From Podarcis erhardii (lineage: Eukaryota): a DNA stretch of 64,000 bases. Positions 49,614-63,600 of the stretch are shown in pieces. Within the stretch, counting starts at the first letter, position 1. The number at the start of each line of letters is the position of its first letter. The notes under the pieces were generated by a model. It ran no database searches, was not told the DNA's origin, and worked only from the letters and a program-made list of their open reading frames with translations. The DNA lies in the NCBI GenBank assembly GCA_964252035.1, contig OZ176207.1. One strand, 5' to 3'. Made by a program: the position numbers and the translations under genes.

Positions 49614-49756
49614 CATGGAATCATAAGAGTTGGAAGGGACCACGAGGGTCATCTAGTCCAACCCCCTGCAATGCAGGAATATTTTGCCCAACGTAAGGCT
49701 CGAACCCATGACACCGAGATTAAGAGTCTCATGTTCTACTGACTGAGCTACGTAAC
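49614..49756 (-). mobile_element. tRNA-Lys(CTT)-derived SINE with CR1 3' tail
   Basis: Minus strand tagctcagtcagtagaacatgagactCTTaatctcggtgtcatgggttcgagcc resembles vertebrate tRNA-Lys-CTT. It is fused to ggttggactagatgaccctcgtggtcccttccaactcttatgattc, the CR1 terminus. Confidence 0.85.
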
Positions 49757-51345
49757 TATTTTTTCTTTATGCCCACCTTGTTTTCCAGGGATACTACTAT
49801 CACTAACTAGTAGTAGTAGCTGCAATAATAGTGGAAGTGACTATGATGATGATGGCACAGCAATGAATATTGAGCTGGAGGAAAGTACACCTGAAAGTGT
49901 CAGAGAGCATCCTATTTCTTTTCCTTAAGCAGTTAGTATTGCTTTAGTAAATTATTGTTGCAAGTGTCTATTTTGTTTTGTATTTTTTAACACATCCGCT
50001 GGGATTTTTTGTGTGTTCTTAACTGTTTCAGCCGTTTATTGTACATCGCATTGAGATGCTTGTGTAGAAAGTTTTAATAAATGAATAATAATAACAGCCA
50101 CAATGAAGGCAACCTTCACTGTATAATTTATAGTCTTGAAGCTGAATTGTTCTGAAACTATGAAATGCAGGCAGCATTGGGAATATACTCACAGCTGAAT
50201 AAATTGAAAACATCCTTGAAAATTACCTCAGCTACTGTGACAGACACATTGAAGGAGTTTCAAGTCAAGGTGATAACCCCTCGGGACAGAGATTTGAGAC
50301 AATGGAGTTGTCATTGTTCTGACTTGATACAGATAGAGAACAAAGCTGCCAAATCAGGTCAAATTCTAAAAAGACAAACTGGATTCCAAAAAGACAGGTT
50401 TTTTTAAAAGTGACCAACAGAAAATAGCAAGTCAAACTTTGGCATCCTCATATAACACTAGATAAGATTTGGTGGACTGTGGAAGTGTAGTATCTCAGCT
50501 AACATCATCAGCTTGTGACAGTACAGTATAGAAAATCATAAATATGCAGTGTGACAAGTCAATGTTCTAGCTCACTATGAGAGAGAGGCACCTCAGAGAA
50601 CATAGTTATGGTCTGGCAACAAGACTTGACCTCTCCAAATCTCTACACATTTCCATTAAGTGACATGGAAGGTACCCATCTCATTACCACTGCTTGTGGT
50701 ATAACTCTCAAAGTCTTTTTTCATGTCTCGGGCCTCATTCAGGCAGCAGTTTATTCCATTTTTCCAGTGTTTCTTTGCCTGATAATTTGCTTTACCTTAA
50801 AATGTAAAGTGTAAATGCCACTTCTGGAGTTCTAGGAGAATACAATAGAAGTTTATTGTATTCTCATTTCTGTGTTAATTGCTTCCAGGAAAGAAACCCA
50901 TTTGCAACTCTCATTAACCAATGAGATCGCAGGGGATGAAATTTGGGGCAGGATACAGGCATACAGTTCTTACCCATTGTTTTCATGGGTGAATCCTGGG
51001 GGCCACAAAAGTGTGCATGCATGGAAATGGTGGGCAAGTGGTGAGAAGTCCAACAATGTGGTGTCACACCACACGCACTGGTGTGAATGAAATTTAGCAT
51101 GACTAGCTAAAGTCACAGTTCCATAATGCTCCTACCAACTGCAGTACCTCCTCTTTACACAAGATTGCATCATGAAAGGTCAGGCGGATTACAAAAGGCT
51201 GTTTTGTGTCACAGACCTGAGTCAGGCCACAGACCATTCAGAGATGGTGCTTTTACTGTCTGGGGAAAGTGTGAAGGTTAGGTCATCTCTTGAACCAGTC
51301 AGGGCCATTCACAGAGCGCAGTGGTGTCTCTCAGTTGCAATATTA

Positions 51346-51507
51346 CCATATTTACTCGTGTCTATTGCACCATCAGTTTTCCGAACCTTGAAACCAAAAA
51401 AAGTATTTGCTGGTGAATGTAAATGTGCCATCAGATCTAATATGCACCTTAATTTCCGCAGCATAATTTGGCTTAAAAAGGTTAGCATTAGATTCAAGTA
51501 AATATGG
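51346..51507. mobile_element. Short Tc1/pogo-like MITE, TA TSD
   Basis: TIRs ccatatttactcgtgtcta / tagattcaagtaaatatgg flanked by TA. Confidence 0.8.
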
Positions 51508-52186
51508 TATTAGACCAACCACATTAGTAAGAGTGATCATGATTAAGACTTTAATTTCTGCTATGCCCTATTCATTCTCCACCCGTCGCTATAACTTCCT
51601 TCACACATGAAGAAAACACCTTCCGCATATGGAATTCTTTTTTAGTCAGTCCCCATCCTTTGCCTTAAAGTCTTGCTGCATGTTCACTCTTATTAATCAT
51701 CTCGCAGGTTTGGCTTCAAGTTGGCTCCCAGAGCTACACAGAGGTTGCCCTAATGTTCAGAAGGAGTTTCTCTGCTGGCTTGGCCAATGCCTGGCTGATC
51801 TCTGAGCTGTCATTAAAGTGTTCTGGTTGCGAGGCTCTGTCAAGGGCAGACATCCAGCTCTCTCAGCAAAGGTCATTCTGCTGTAGGGATTGTGAAGTAT
51901 TAAAGAGCTTAAAAGGAGGAAAAGATAATGACAAAATCCAGTGTTTTAACCCCCACCTTCACCCTCCACATCCCCACAAATCCGAGTAATGAACTTTACA
52001 TGTTCTCATGCTGACATTTTTTTAAAGCAATAAAGCACTGTAAGAACACTGTGAAAATGAACAAAACAAAAAAAAATATCACCTATTTATGTAATTGCCA
52101 GGGTATGCCAGATTTTTGAACATACATTGATGTTCAAAACAAACTAGCAGGCATGGTCTTGGTAATAGAGGAAGCTACCTAATATT

Positions 52187-52320
52187 CAGGGCTTTTTTCA
52201 GCCAAACTCACCAGAACTCAGTTCCAGCTCCGCTCAGGTGGGCACCATTGCCATTTTAAAAGAATGAGGGAGTTGCACACGGCGAGTTCTGGCACCTCTT
52301 TTTCTAGAAAAACAGCACTA
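52187..52320. mobile_element. hAT-like MITE fragment (family of 19630-19744)
   Basis: Shared internal sequence; starts cagggctttttt. Confidence 0.65.
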
Positions 52321-52500
52321 CTTATGCTGAGTCAGCCCACTCGTTTATCTCACTCAGTATTATCTACACTGACTGGCAGCAGTTCTCTGGGGGTTACAGA
52401 CAGGAGACAGTCCCAGCCCTGTGTAAGACATGAAGAGGAATGAACCTGGGATCTTCTGCCTGCAAAGTAGATGCTCGACCACTCGACCACTACAGCCCTT
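52321..52500 (-). mobile_element. Decayed tRNA-derived SINE with CR1-like tail
   Basis: Similar to 18576-18765 and 39466-39650. Confidence 0.6.
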
Positions 52501-52992
52501 CCCCATCAAAATAATCAGCCAAACATCCAGTTCACAGAAAGCTTCTTCATATCCTTAGCAACATTTCTGCCAGCTCACCCGCTGTCCTTGAGCTAACATG
52601 AACTAACACTATAGAATAATAGCCAACTCCTAGGGGCAGAGGTCCCTTCAGCCGCCCCACTAAAATATCTGAGGGGCCCCCAAAGTTGATGGGCACTGGC
52701 ATTCAAATGGTGTCCATGACATGTGATCAGTTATGCAGGGTAGGGCTTACTTGCCCCCCCCCCAATTTTTTATTCAAGATGGCACCCCTGCACTGTATCA
52801 ATACCAAGAGCTTAGCAGTTCCAACTGACCTGCAGTAGGCACACAGATGGACACATCTAATGTGCGAACTGGGTCACAGCATTTTCCAACATTGCATTTG
52901 TCATGGAACTGCTTATTATATCTCAAAATTCCAGGTTTGTACATTTGCCCACATAAGCAGTAATCCAGGAACAGTCAGAATCGCTCATGTAG

Positions 52993-53004
52993 ACACACAC
53001 ACAC

Positions 53005-53050
<46 letters not shown>
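52993..53050. repeat. (CA)n(AT)n compound microsatellite
   Basis: Read directly. Confidence 0.97.
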
Positions 53051-53053
<3 letters not shown>

Positions 53054-56000
53054 TACAAACCAACCCGTAAAACCATGTCACCATTACTAACAAGGCTTAA
53101 CTTGTTTGCTCTGGATAAGACTTAATGATAAGTTGACATGCACTGTCACAAAGGAGAATGTGCATCACAAAAAAAGATAAAAGATGGCATCAATTTGCAT
53201 AACATTTGCATATGATATTGTATATGTATAGGTGCAAATTTAGAAATTATTATTGTAGTTTTGATAGAAATACACATCTTGCTATATAGTGGGGAAGACA
53301 CCAGGCAACTTGTATGCCTGCTCAGTCTACAGACCATGTGCTGCTAACCATCAATGGACAACTTCAAGCCTTCTTTTTATGGTAAACCAGACTTATCGGT
53401 AAACCAGACTTGGATTGGACAGCCCTCAAACAGAGTACACCTTCAAAGAGAGGGCAGTCCTCTGTAAAGGGGGACACATAGCCACCCTTCTTAATGGCAT
53501 TTCTTGAAATGTTCAGGAATACAGACGTTGTTGACAGCAGAATATATACTGAAGGGCAAGTCTGAGCATAACTGAAGTGGATCATTCAGATTCCAGATGG
53601 AATACTTTGGAGCTGAAAGCCACAATCTTCAAAGCTCCCTGGCTGGGGGAATGCCCTAATGAGGTCAAACCATCTGAGATTCACTGCAGCTGTAGCGGGT
53701 AACTGATAAAACGCCTGCATCGCTGGTGAATCAAACACTGTTTGCCAACTGCCACGATCGCTTGCAAATTACAGGGCATGTTTCCAAGCTCCATAAGGAA
53801 TTAGTCCCAGGGTATTAAAAACATGACTTTCAGTGTTACTGACAATTAATTGCTGTATATGGCAGACTAGATACCAGGGGGTTGTATAGAGCTGTAGCTG
53901 GAAAATTACATTGTGGGGATTCTCCGTTGTACCTCCCACTTCCCAGGAACAAGCTACTGGACGAATTGAGTTAAGATAAGAATAATAAGGGTCAAATGAA
54001 CAGAGTGTGAAGTTGAGGCCTTGGCCTTCACAATTCCAGATGGTAAGCAGTACTGCCAGCTCAGATTTTAATAATATTTTTTTAAACAAACAAAAAACGC
54101 CCTACCATCCTGACAATTCAGAACTGCAGATATCAAGGCTTTAACCTCTATTACCAGCCTGCCTGCCCCTTCCCTGCTGATTTAGCAAGCAAAAAAGAAG
54201 ATTGATACATTTTTGAGCAAGGCAGATTCAGCAAAAACTAGATTACATGACAGCTCCGTAGCTCATTCAAATGCCCAAAGCCCTGTACACTTTTTTTCCG
54301 CAGAAATTTGCCTGCTGTTGAGCATTTGGGGTTCATATTTTCCTCTGCTTATTCAGTAAGCTAGTTAGGCTAGAAATCCCCTCTTGATTTGATAGTTTGT
54401 TCTGATCTTTTTAGCTCATGAAACTAAAACTTTGGTTTAGCTTGCAAGGTTGAAGGTTTACATTTCAATTAACCTATTTTATTCAGAAAATATCTTCCCC
54501 TACTATTTGTTTTGTTAATATTTTGGACCCTCTCCCTCCCCCTCCCCCCCCACCATACACACACACAATAGAGCATTTTCTGAAATCAACACAATACAAA
54601 CATGCTCTTGTGTGGTATAATATGGAATTGTGGAATTATTTACCGTTTGGAGGCTCAGCAAAGCTTGAACAAATCTGGAAAGAAGTGAATAAAAAGTGTC
54701 TGCAATTAGGACACAACCAAAGCATGGCTGGTGAGGAAGAGAAGAGTTCACCTGACATTTAACCCTCACCTATTTCCCACTATTGAAAGAGAGAAAAGGG
54801 GTTTACTTGCCCACCCCACCTTACCCTCTCTATCAAATTCCTGGCAGACCCATGAACTGGAGCTGAACATCTCAGCTGGCCCTACTCACAGAAGCTCCCC
54901 ACACAAACCCTATTCACGGGGAGACCTCAGAAGCAGAGGTGGCTTACCACATCCTATTTTCATCCTCAATTGCATGGAGGATGCCGAAACGAGGCCATTG
55001 GGAATGAGACTTGAGGCGAGAGGAGTTGGCAGCACACCTCTTACTTCAAAATTGAATTTGTTTACTATCTTATAATCTTACATACTCTCTTGTGCTTAAT
55101 ACAATAACTATTTTAATATTAGTGAGTCACCAAAGTGAGCAAACACACACACATACCGACTTTCTTCTTTCCCTCTTTCCCTTTTGTTTTTGCAAGATGA
55201 TTAAATGTATGCGTATCACCCATTCCATCAAACCAAGAAGACATAGCTGTGGTTCCCAGGATCAGCTCTATGTGCTGAAATATTTTCTGGTGGCAAACAG
55301 AGAAAGAAAGGGAAAAATCACTCCCACAAACATCTAATCATTGAAAAGATGATGATGAACTGTTCTGTAGTTTGCTCCGCTTCCTCCTGGCCCTTGCACA
55401 CTGCGGTCAGGCCTAGGGCTATTAGCTCCAAGTTTATGTCAGTCCTTGGACAATAGTTTTTTAGCAGGCCACTATGGCCCTAGACATGTGGGGAAAAGGC
55501 TATGCCCTTGAAAGTATATCCCAGGCAATCTCAAAACACCTGAAATGGACAATAAGCTTCTAGGGCCATTACTTCCACTCTTTTCTAAAAAGGCCTTCCT
55601 TCTCCTCCATTCAGGACAGCCAAACTATTGCAGATACTGACAGAATCCAAGAACCCATGGCACCCCCCTACCCTTTCTCCTCACAGCAAAGTGAGAGGGT
55701 GGAATGAGAGCGAGTCACTAGCTCCAGTTCACCTCAGTCACCTACATGGCTGAGCAGAAATTTGAACTTTTCTAGTCTTAGTCAGACATCCTACTAACTA
55801 GTACGCCATACTGTCTATGCTTAGCTTAGGTGTCCTACATCATAACCTAAACTTCAATTTTCTGCTTTATTGGACAGTTAATCTTTACCACCACTGCAGC
55901 CCAGAACCAATCTACAGTACATAATCAGTGACATTTTTCTGATGACTACTTGCCATATACAGTAGAAGACTGTAAGCTGGGGACGTCCTATAAATATTAA

Positions 56001-56340
56001 TTTTAAGTGCATAAGCAAACTACCCTGCGCACATTGCGGATCATTCACATTCATGAAAAATTAAGAGGTTTGCCTTAGTGTGGATTTTTTAAGAACAGCA
56101 GGAGGCTTTTGCTTCAATATTTGCCTAAATGTAGGTGTGTGTATGTGTGTTTGTGTTAATTAAAGAGAATTGGGATGTACTCTGGGCAGGCTGTAAGGGA
56201 ATCGTGCTAAAAAAGTGGAAAGACTTTAAGGAGAATGGGAAGCAAAGGGAAGAAAACAAACTGAAATACGCTCAAGGTTATAATTTTTTTAAAAAAATCT
56301 ATAAAGGGGCATTTTTATGGTTTTGTAGAAACCTTAACTA

Positions 56341-56598
56341 CCGTATTTTTTGCTCTATAAGACTCACTTTTTCCCTCCTAAAAAGTAAGGGGAAATGTGT
56401 GTGCATCTTATGGAGTGAATGCAGGCTGTGAGGCTATCCCAGAAGCCAGAACAGCAAGAGGGAGCGCTGCGCAGCATTCCCTCACGCTGTTCTACCTTCT
56501 GCCTTAGCCACGCAAAGCCTCCACAGGGCAGCGGGGAGCCTTCATCCCACTCCCCTGTGGAGGCTTTGCGGGCTATCCCAGAAGCCAGAACAGTGAGA
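56341..56598. mobile_element. Truncated Tc1/pogo-like element (left end of the 20010/36797 family)
   Basis: ta|ccgtattttttgctctataagactcactttttccctcctaaaa; no right TIR. Confidence 0.8.
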
Positions 56599-59500
56599 CT
56601 ATTTTAAAAGGATTTTTTTTGGGGGGGGGACCCTTCACATTGCTAGGCAGAAATTACTAAACCTAGCAAGGTATGGAATTCATGCGACGTTACATCTTAC
56701 TTGTGATTGGATCCAATGTTCAAGAACAGAGTTTGGCTTTTCTTTAAACTAAGGACTAAACTTGACATGACAGGAGAAGATCTGCCTTTGGATCTTTCCT
56801 ATAATTTCTTCCATTGCTTAAAAAACAGTTACTTTGGGAACAAGCTATTTGGTCCCAAGCTGAAGGATGGAGCTTTAGCCCCTTCCTCACATAGAGAAAA
56901 GGAAAAAGAGCCAATTCATATGATTATTTTAACTGTCACTACATGTGTCTTTTTAATCAGTGTTTATGTGGGAATCCATCAAATTACCACCATATTCTGA
57001 AAATTATTAAATAATGCTACCATTCTGAGAGGAGCCAACCATCTGTGATCCAGTTGCTCCATTTAATTAATTAATCTGATGGAAGGACTCTGTGTATTAA
57101 ATTAGGAGACATACAACTTAACATTATGAAAGACTTGCTTTTGTGTCACGTTTCTAGGAACAGGTCTGAAATGCAAAGCTCCATATCCAAGTGCCTTTTT
57201 TACAACAACAAAATCTGCTCTTTACCACTAAAAACAATTCCACAGAAAACCTGAATTGTTGTTTGTTCTGCTTCAGTATTAAAGAGTAAGTTTTCCTGGG
57301 TAAAGCACCAGGGCAAAAAAAAAATAGTGCTTGGACATGGACTGCGGTAGCGTGCACCTGTGCCTGGAAAGGCTGGGGCCAAAGGTATGTCTGAATGAGC
57401 CCTAAATTATTTCACTGGATTATCAACGGGACTCAGTCACAAGTAACAAGCTAGATCAGAACCCTAAAAGCACAGCTAACCTGCACAGAAGAAGGGTTAG
57501 CTTTGTGTTTTCTGATCTCCATGGAAATGAATGTGTTGAAAGTAATTACATACTGAATTCATCCTCTGCACTTTAAACCAGGTAAGCAACTGCATCTTTT
57601 TTATCCTTGTTTTTTATAAAAATCAATTGCCTTTCACATTGCAGCTTGGTCATCATCCCCTTATTCAGCCCACAAAGGACTCTTGCAATTGCCTATTCAC
57701 TCTGCTATATAAGAAAACCAATAAATTCAAGCAAACAAACATTCCTTCTGGTAAACCATCTCAATCTCACAGCTGCCAAGCTTTAGGCAGGTCATTTTTG
57801 GCTCAAAATAAATTATGCAGACATTTTAAACTGCGATTTAATGGAAGGACAGAAGTTTATATTGACTGTCTGATTGCATTCTCCACACAACTGCCAAACA
57901 GCAAGGCAGCCCAATCCCCATACGAATCTACAGCTATTTAAATATATCAATGCCATTTGCTAAACAGGCATGCAGGCATCAGAAAAAGGAAGATTATAAG
58001 GATCAAAATGGCTTCAGTAGGACTTACACATGGTGCATAGAATATTTAGTTTAATCCTGCTGATAGGTTACCCATGGGAATAATTTTATAAAGAAAAGCA
58101 ATCTAAATTGGAATTATCAGCAGAAAACAAAACAAGAATCACACTTCCATTGGCTAGCTCCATTTCTAATACTACTGAAATGTTAGGCTATACTTTTGAG
58201 CAATAAATCTTATGGAATTGTAGGCACCTAAGGCCAATGACAGACGCCATCAGCACAATGGAAAACTGCTTGTACAATGGGACACTCTTCTCCCTCCTGC
58301 AACCACCCATGTTTTCCCAAAGAGTCCCCCAACCCTCCAGAGAAGATTTAGGGGGGCAGGAAAGGAAGGAGGAGCCCTACTGCATGAGCTGAGGACATTG
58401 ACACTATGATTAATCACACCCAAAGAAGCGGGTTTAAAGCATCTGACTAAGCAAGTTTCCCTGCCAAAGTTGCCAACCCAACTGACCTGAAAATGCAAAA
58501 TCCAGATATAGCCTCCATATATGGCATAATATTTTTTGATACAGCATGGTGTTTTTTGACACAGCACCAGTGCTTTTTTCCAGGGGCTACTCAAGAATAT
58601 GCAGTACCAGCACATTTTTTCCCCAATGTTAAAAATGTGGCACTTACTGTAACAACTTCATAGTGAATACCAGCACCATTTTTTTCTTTCTCTAAAAAGC
58701 ATTTCACAGCACACATTAATTTAGTTCTGCAGCTTCCAAAAAACTTTATCTTTTTCAACTGTCTATTGGAGAAAGAGTCCCAAAGGCAGTGATTGCAAAC
58801 AATGCATGACTTTAAAAAGACAGTTCCAAGGAGCATGCTACAATTTATGAACAGTGATTATATCAAATAATACTCATGGTAACCCCTGCCCAGCTAAATT
58901 CCTTTCAGGGCCTTCCTAAATTATAAACCACAGCCAGCTAACCCACTACCTTAATCACATGAAAATCTTTCCACCAATCTTTCCACCTTTATATCAATAC
59001 TCAGGATCTCTCCTCACCAAAAGAATTTCTTAAAAGTACAGGAATTATCTGGATGTTTCCCTTTTACAGTGCTCTAATTTATTCCCGACATCAGAAAAAA
59101 CACTTGCAAAAAGATTGTGTGTAGGCATTTTGCAGTGTTAATTTGGGCCAAAAATAACTCAGAGGCATTTGCACAAAAGAAGACTTTTCATTTCCATTTG
59201 AAATAGAAAATTAGCCAGGAAAGGAGAAGAAAAGGGAGAGATATGTTTATGTGTCTGATCAATTATAACCTCTCGAGTTTTGAGGAGAGGGGTGGGAACC
59301 TCAAGAAATTAAAGCGGCAGACAAGTCCTTCTGCAGACAAATGTATTCTGTAATTATACAGGGTGTGCTTTTCAATTTGACCGACAGCCAGAACCCTCAG
59401 TATATCTCTCTCTCTTTTATTTATGAACCTTTAGCAACTATACAAGCATTTAAGTTGCCTTGCATCAGCACCGCAGTGAAAGTCAACTTTGCTGGCTTTT

Positions 59501-60477
59501 GAAAAATATCCTTTATAACCTTGAAAAGGATTGATGTCTTCATGCAATGATGTATGGGGATAAGCATTCAGTAGTTATGAGCAATCGCTGTCGCTTGCGA
59601 GTGGTGGCAATCGCAGGAGATCTATGTGGCTTGTGTGAGAGAACTAGCTAATCACTGCAGAGCATGAGCACAGACTGGGTAGGTTAACAGAAGTTGTACA
59701 GGGAAAGCCAAGTCCTGTTTTATTGATCAGAGAAACTGTATAACAACTGTGCCAAATTTCATATTTCAAAACATTCCCAGAACAAGCTCAAACTAGGGTG
59801 CAGTTATGGAGGTTTTTTAAAGAGAAAGAAATGGGTCTAAAACCATGATCTCCAGCAGGCAGACTGCCAGCGCCTCACCTCCTACACTGTTGGCACTTTG
59901 ATTCCTTAGCAAACAAGGCAGACTGACCTTCAGGCTTCCATTCTGAACTCTGTCGGCGGGCCTGTGCTGGCCAATCCAGTTCCACAAGGGCCTATGAAAC
60001 CTTAACATCAGCCAGGTTCTGCATCTAATTGGGAAATGCACCTCATGTCTTGCATCTTTGTGCTCCGAAACCTGACCACCAGTCCAATTTAGACCACATC
60101 ATCTGATTGTTCCTTTGCAAGTGGGAATCAGTTGCACTAGGAAATTGTCCTATAGATAATGCGAGTCCAACACTTTTCCTTTTATGTGAATTTTGGTGAT
60201 GGGGGAAAATGTGATTGAGTTCACTCTTAATGGTGGACCCATTCAATTTGCTCTTTCTGAAACAACAATGCAGACTGAAACAAAGCCTTTTTTTGACATT
60301 CACTCTTCTCCAAATTTTGCAATGCAATCCTCCCTTTGGAAACACAATTTCCCAAGTTTCCTGCAGGAAGAAAATAGCTGTGATTGCTGTTTAGTTGTGT
60401 ACTGAAGATATGCTTGAAATGTCCAGCTAGCTGCTAAGACCGCTGAAAAGCTGCTCAAGTTCATGCCCATCTGTAGT

Positions 60478-60684
60478 GCCAGTATGGTATAGTGGTTATA
60501 GTGCTGAACTAGGAGTTGGGAGACCAGGGTTCAAATCTCCATTTGGCCATGAAGCTCACCAAGTGCCTCGAGACCAATCACCAAAGCTAGTTTTTTGTGC
60601 AAGATTTTTTGGGGGGGAGAACCATGTATATTCTGCCTTGGAAGAAAGGCAGGACATACACAAAATAAAGAAATACTAATAAAT
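60478..60684 (+). mobile_element. Old tRNA-derived SINE (Squam3/MIR-like)
   Basis: A box tggtatagtggtt, B box ggttcaaatc, A-rich tail. Confidence 0.7.
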
Positions 60685-63600
60685 ATTAGGGCTGAGTAAT
60701 GCATTTGATTGCCATTGAAATTGTGAAGCCTTATTGCACAAAGCCCGGAGGTTAAGAAATATGAAGGGAACTTGCTGAAAAATAGATCTGCCCCTCTGTT
60801 TAAATATTTCAGACCAAATCTAGATCTACAATAAACAGAAATCAACAGCTTAGGTCAGAAATGTGGAGTACAACCTCAGGGAATTGATTAATCAATTTTC
60901 AATCAATTTATCAATATTCCCAATTAAGGTTTATGTTTTTCTTCCTACTGTGCAAGGGGCTCCATGGATTTTAGAGCAAGTTTATACTTACAGCCCTTCA
61001 ACTAGTTTTTATTATGAAATCTCTGTAGGATGCTTGACACCACACACATAATATTTAGAGAGAAATGGCCTAATAGATCTTTCTCCAGTTCATCTGCCCT
61101 TCTAATGTAAATGCTCGCTCTCTCCAGTCCAATTTGCCCACAGAAATTTGTGTGTCAGGTTTATTTTTTATAGCATTTTTCATCTTGTTTTATGTGGATT
61201 TTTCAAAAGTAGCCTATTAAGCTCTATCCTTGACTGGTGTCACCTTTGTGCAACACATTTAAATCACTGGCAAATAAACAAATAAGAAATGTGTCCTGTT
61301 TTTCTCTCGTTGAAAAATGCACTTGTGATATAAGGAAGCAAAATGTAGATCAATGTCTATGCTGCACATGGAGATCTCTTAGTCTTCTTCAATGTTGGCT
61401 CTAGGGCCTTGGGCATTGCATCCTGATTGAGGCCCCCTGAACTGAAACAGACAAGACATGCAAACAGAGATTGCTATAGAGCTGAATTTGATCTTCATTG
61501 AGATTCTGTGCAATGTGGAAATGGCATCACTGGCCCTCTACTGGTCTTGATCCCCTGGCAAACACCTAAACTTGCCACTCTCTGACCCCAGTCTTCTTAT
61601 CCAGGTCTAATGGCCTATGCAAGGGATTATGAAGTACAGTAGTCTCTCTGCAGGTGCATGTTTGTTTACCATTTTTATACCGCTTAATATTCAATAAAGA
61701 ATCTGAAAAAACCAGATCAAAACAAACTATGTATCATAAAGAATACTAAGCACTCTGAGGCCAGAGCTTGGGAAAGCATAAATTTAAAGACTATTTACTG
61801 TCTCTGCCTCGTTAATTACCAGATGGAAGACACAATGAGTTCTCCAGAGGCTGGGGCTATCACTGAAAAGGCTGCTTCCACATTGTCACCAAGTGACAAT
61901 CTGCTGGTTGCTGAATGACCAGCAGGGTTTCCTCAGAAGATTCTCAAAGATTGGCTTGGTCTGTACTGGGAGAGGCAGCCTGCCAGATATTCTGGTCCCA
62001 AATTGTTTGGGGCAGTGGTTCCCAATTAGCTAAGTACTGTGGACCCCCTTACTTTTGAAAATGCTGGTATCTCACATCGCTGCACAGTCCCAAGGCAATG
62101 CTAGAGAGTAGTCAGACAGTCAAATACCAGTCTAGGTCTAATAACACAATCAAGTTCCGAAGTCAAACCAAAAGACTAAGTTCCCACCTCTGGGATCCTG
62201 GGGTCAGTCCCAAAGTCACAGTGGAGTTTCTGAAGCAGCCAAGCTATGGTCCATCAGTGGGGAAAGTTGAGCAAGCACAGAGCCTTAACTTGCTTTTATT
62301 TTATCCTTCCTATTCCCCCCAGATGGACATATCTGGGTTTGCACCAGCTGAGCAGCTGTGTTTTTCCACTTGACGAGGCATGTGACCCTCACCTGCCCTG
62401 AGCCTAATCCAGCTGAGGCACCAGAACCTCCTCCTGGAGCTAAAAAGCCCCATGATCTCCACCTGGTCAACTAGTGAGCTGGGCTGTGTTCTCTTGCTTG
62501 CCTCAGTCTCCTAGAGTGCACCTCCTACTGATCCCAATGCCTCAGAGCCTGCCATGTCCATGGAGATGAGGGCACCCCTTGTTCTGGTGAAGTGTCCACC
62601 TGGCTCCCGTGAACTGTCAGCTGCCCCTTTGGCATCTTCTGATGTCCCATGAATACCTCCTAAGTCCCCAACACTGCCTCCCCCTTCAGCTTGCCCCAGT
62701 GTGTACCAGTTGTGACTACACTCCTCGCCAGTATCCTCTTCTCCTTCCTTGGTGTCCTACCAGTTTATGGCACCCAATTTCATTGGATGGCAGGATTGGA
62801 ACCCACCCACCCTCTTGTTCTGAACAGAGGAGAGATGCAAAGAGTTTCTCTGTGTTTGTGTGGCTACTGAGGGTGCCTTTTCCCCAATGATTAGAGTGGC
62901 TGATGGGTAGGCATGCCCACTCCATCTCGTGGTTCTGTCTCCTCTGCTCTTTCAGATATGGCAGCTATTCCATGTTATGCCACACACCCCACAGCAGCCA
63001 TTTGTGACTGGCACCCCAAATTCCAAAGGTGTTCACAGGACCAAAAAGCATGGCAGCCCCCATTTCAACAACACTGGCAGCTTACCTTGAGAATGCTATT
63101 TTGGGAGCACCCAAAAGAGAAGTGAAAAGTTATGTTCTCGGTCAGTACTCGTCATGGAGAAAATATTGCCGAGAATCACTGGTTATTTTACCCTGTCTCC
63201 TTCAAGGATGCCTAAACAATTCAGGTACTTACATCTGTATTACTATTTCAGCAGTGCTTTTTTTAATAATAAAATTCAGGGCCCTTTCAGTATGAATGGA
63301 TGTATTATCAGTGAATTTGTTGGTGAATGGAAGCATACTAAAGAACTCAGCAGAACAGATAGCACCAATTTAATTTATATTTCAGGAACAATCTTCTAAA
63401 ACCAGGGGGACGCATACAATTTGTTCTACCTACACTGAAGGCTTTATTATAATATACATGTTTCATTTTATGGCCTCTATATATTCACTCTGGGAGAAGA
63501 TAAAGCTCCTGGTGAAACAGCAGAGAAGTATCACAAGAGTTGTTCTCTCTCACACATACACACACACACATCTATTTTTTGCCTTACTTACTGATGAGCT

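Noticed and set aside
49685-49756. Functional tRNA-Lys gene
   Set aside because: Acceptor stem and T-arm are mismatched, and the head runs straight into a CR1 tail; it is a SINE.
58515-58524. CArG box CCATATATGG
   Set aside because: Several such 10-mers are expected by chance in 64 kb of AT-rich DNA; no supporting context.
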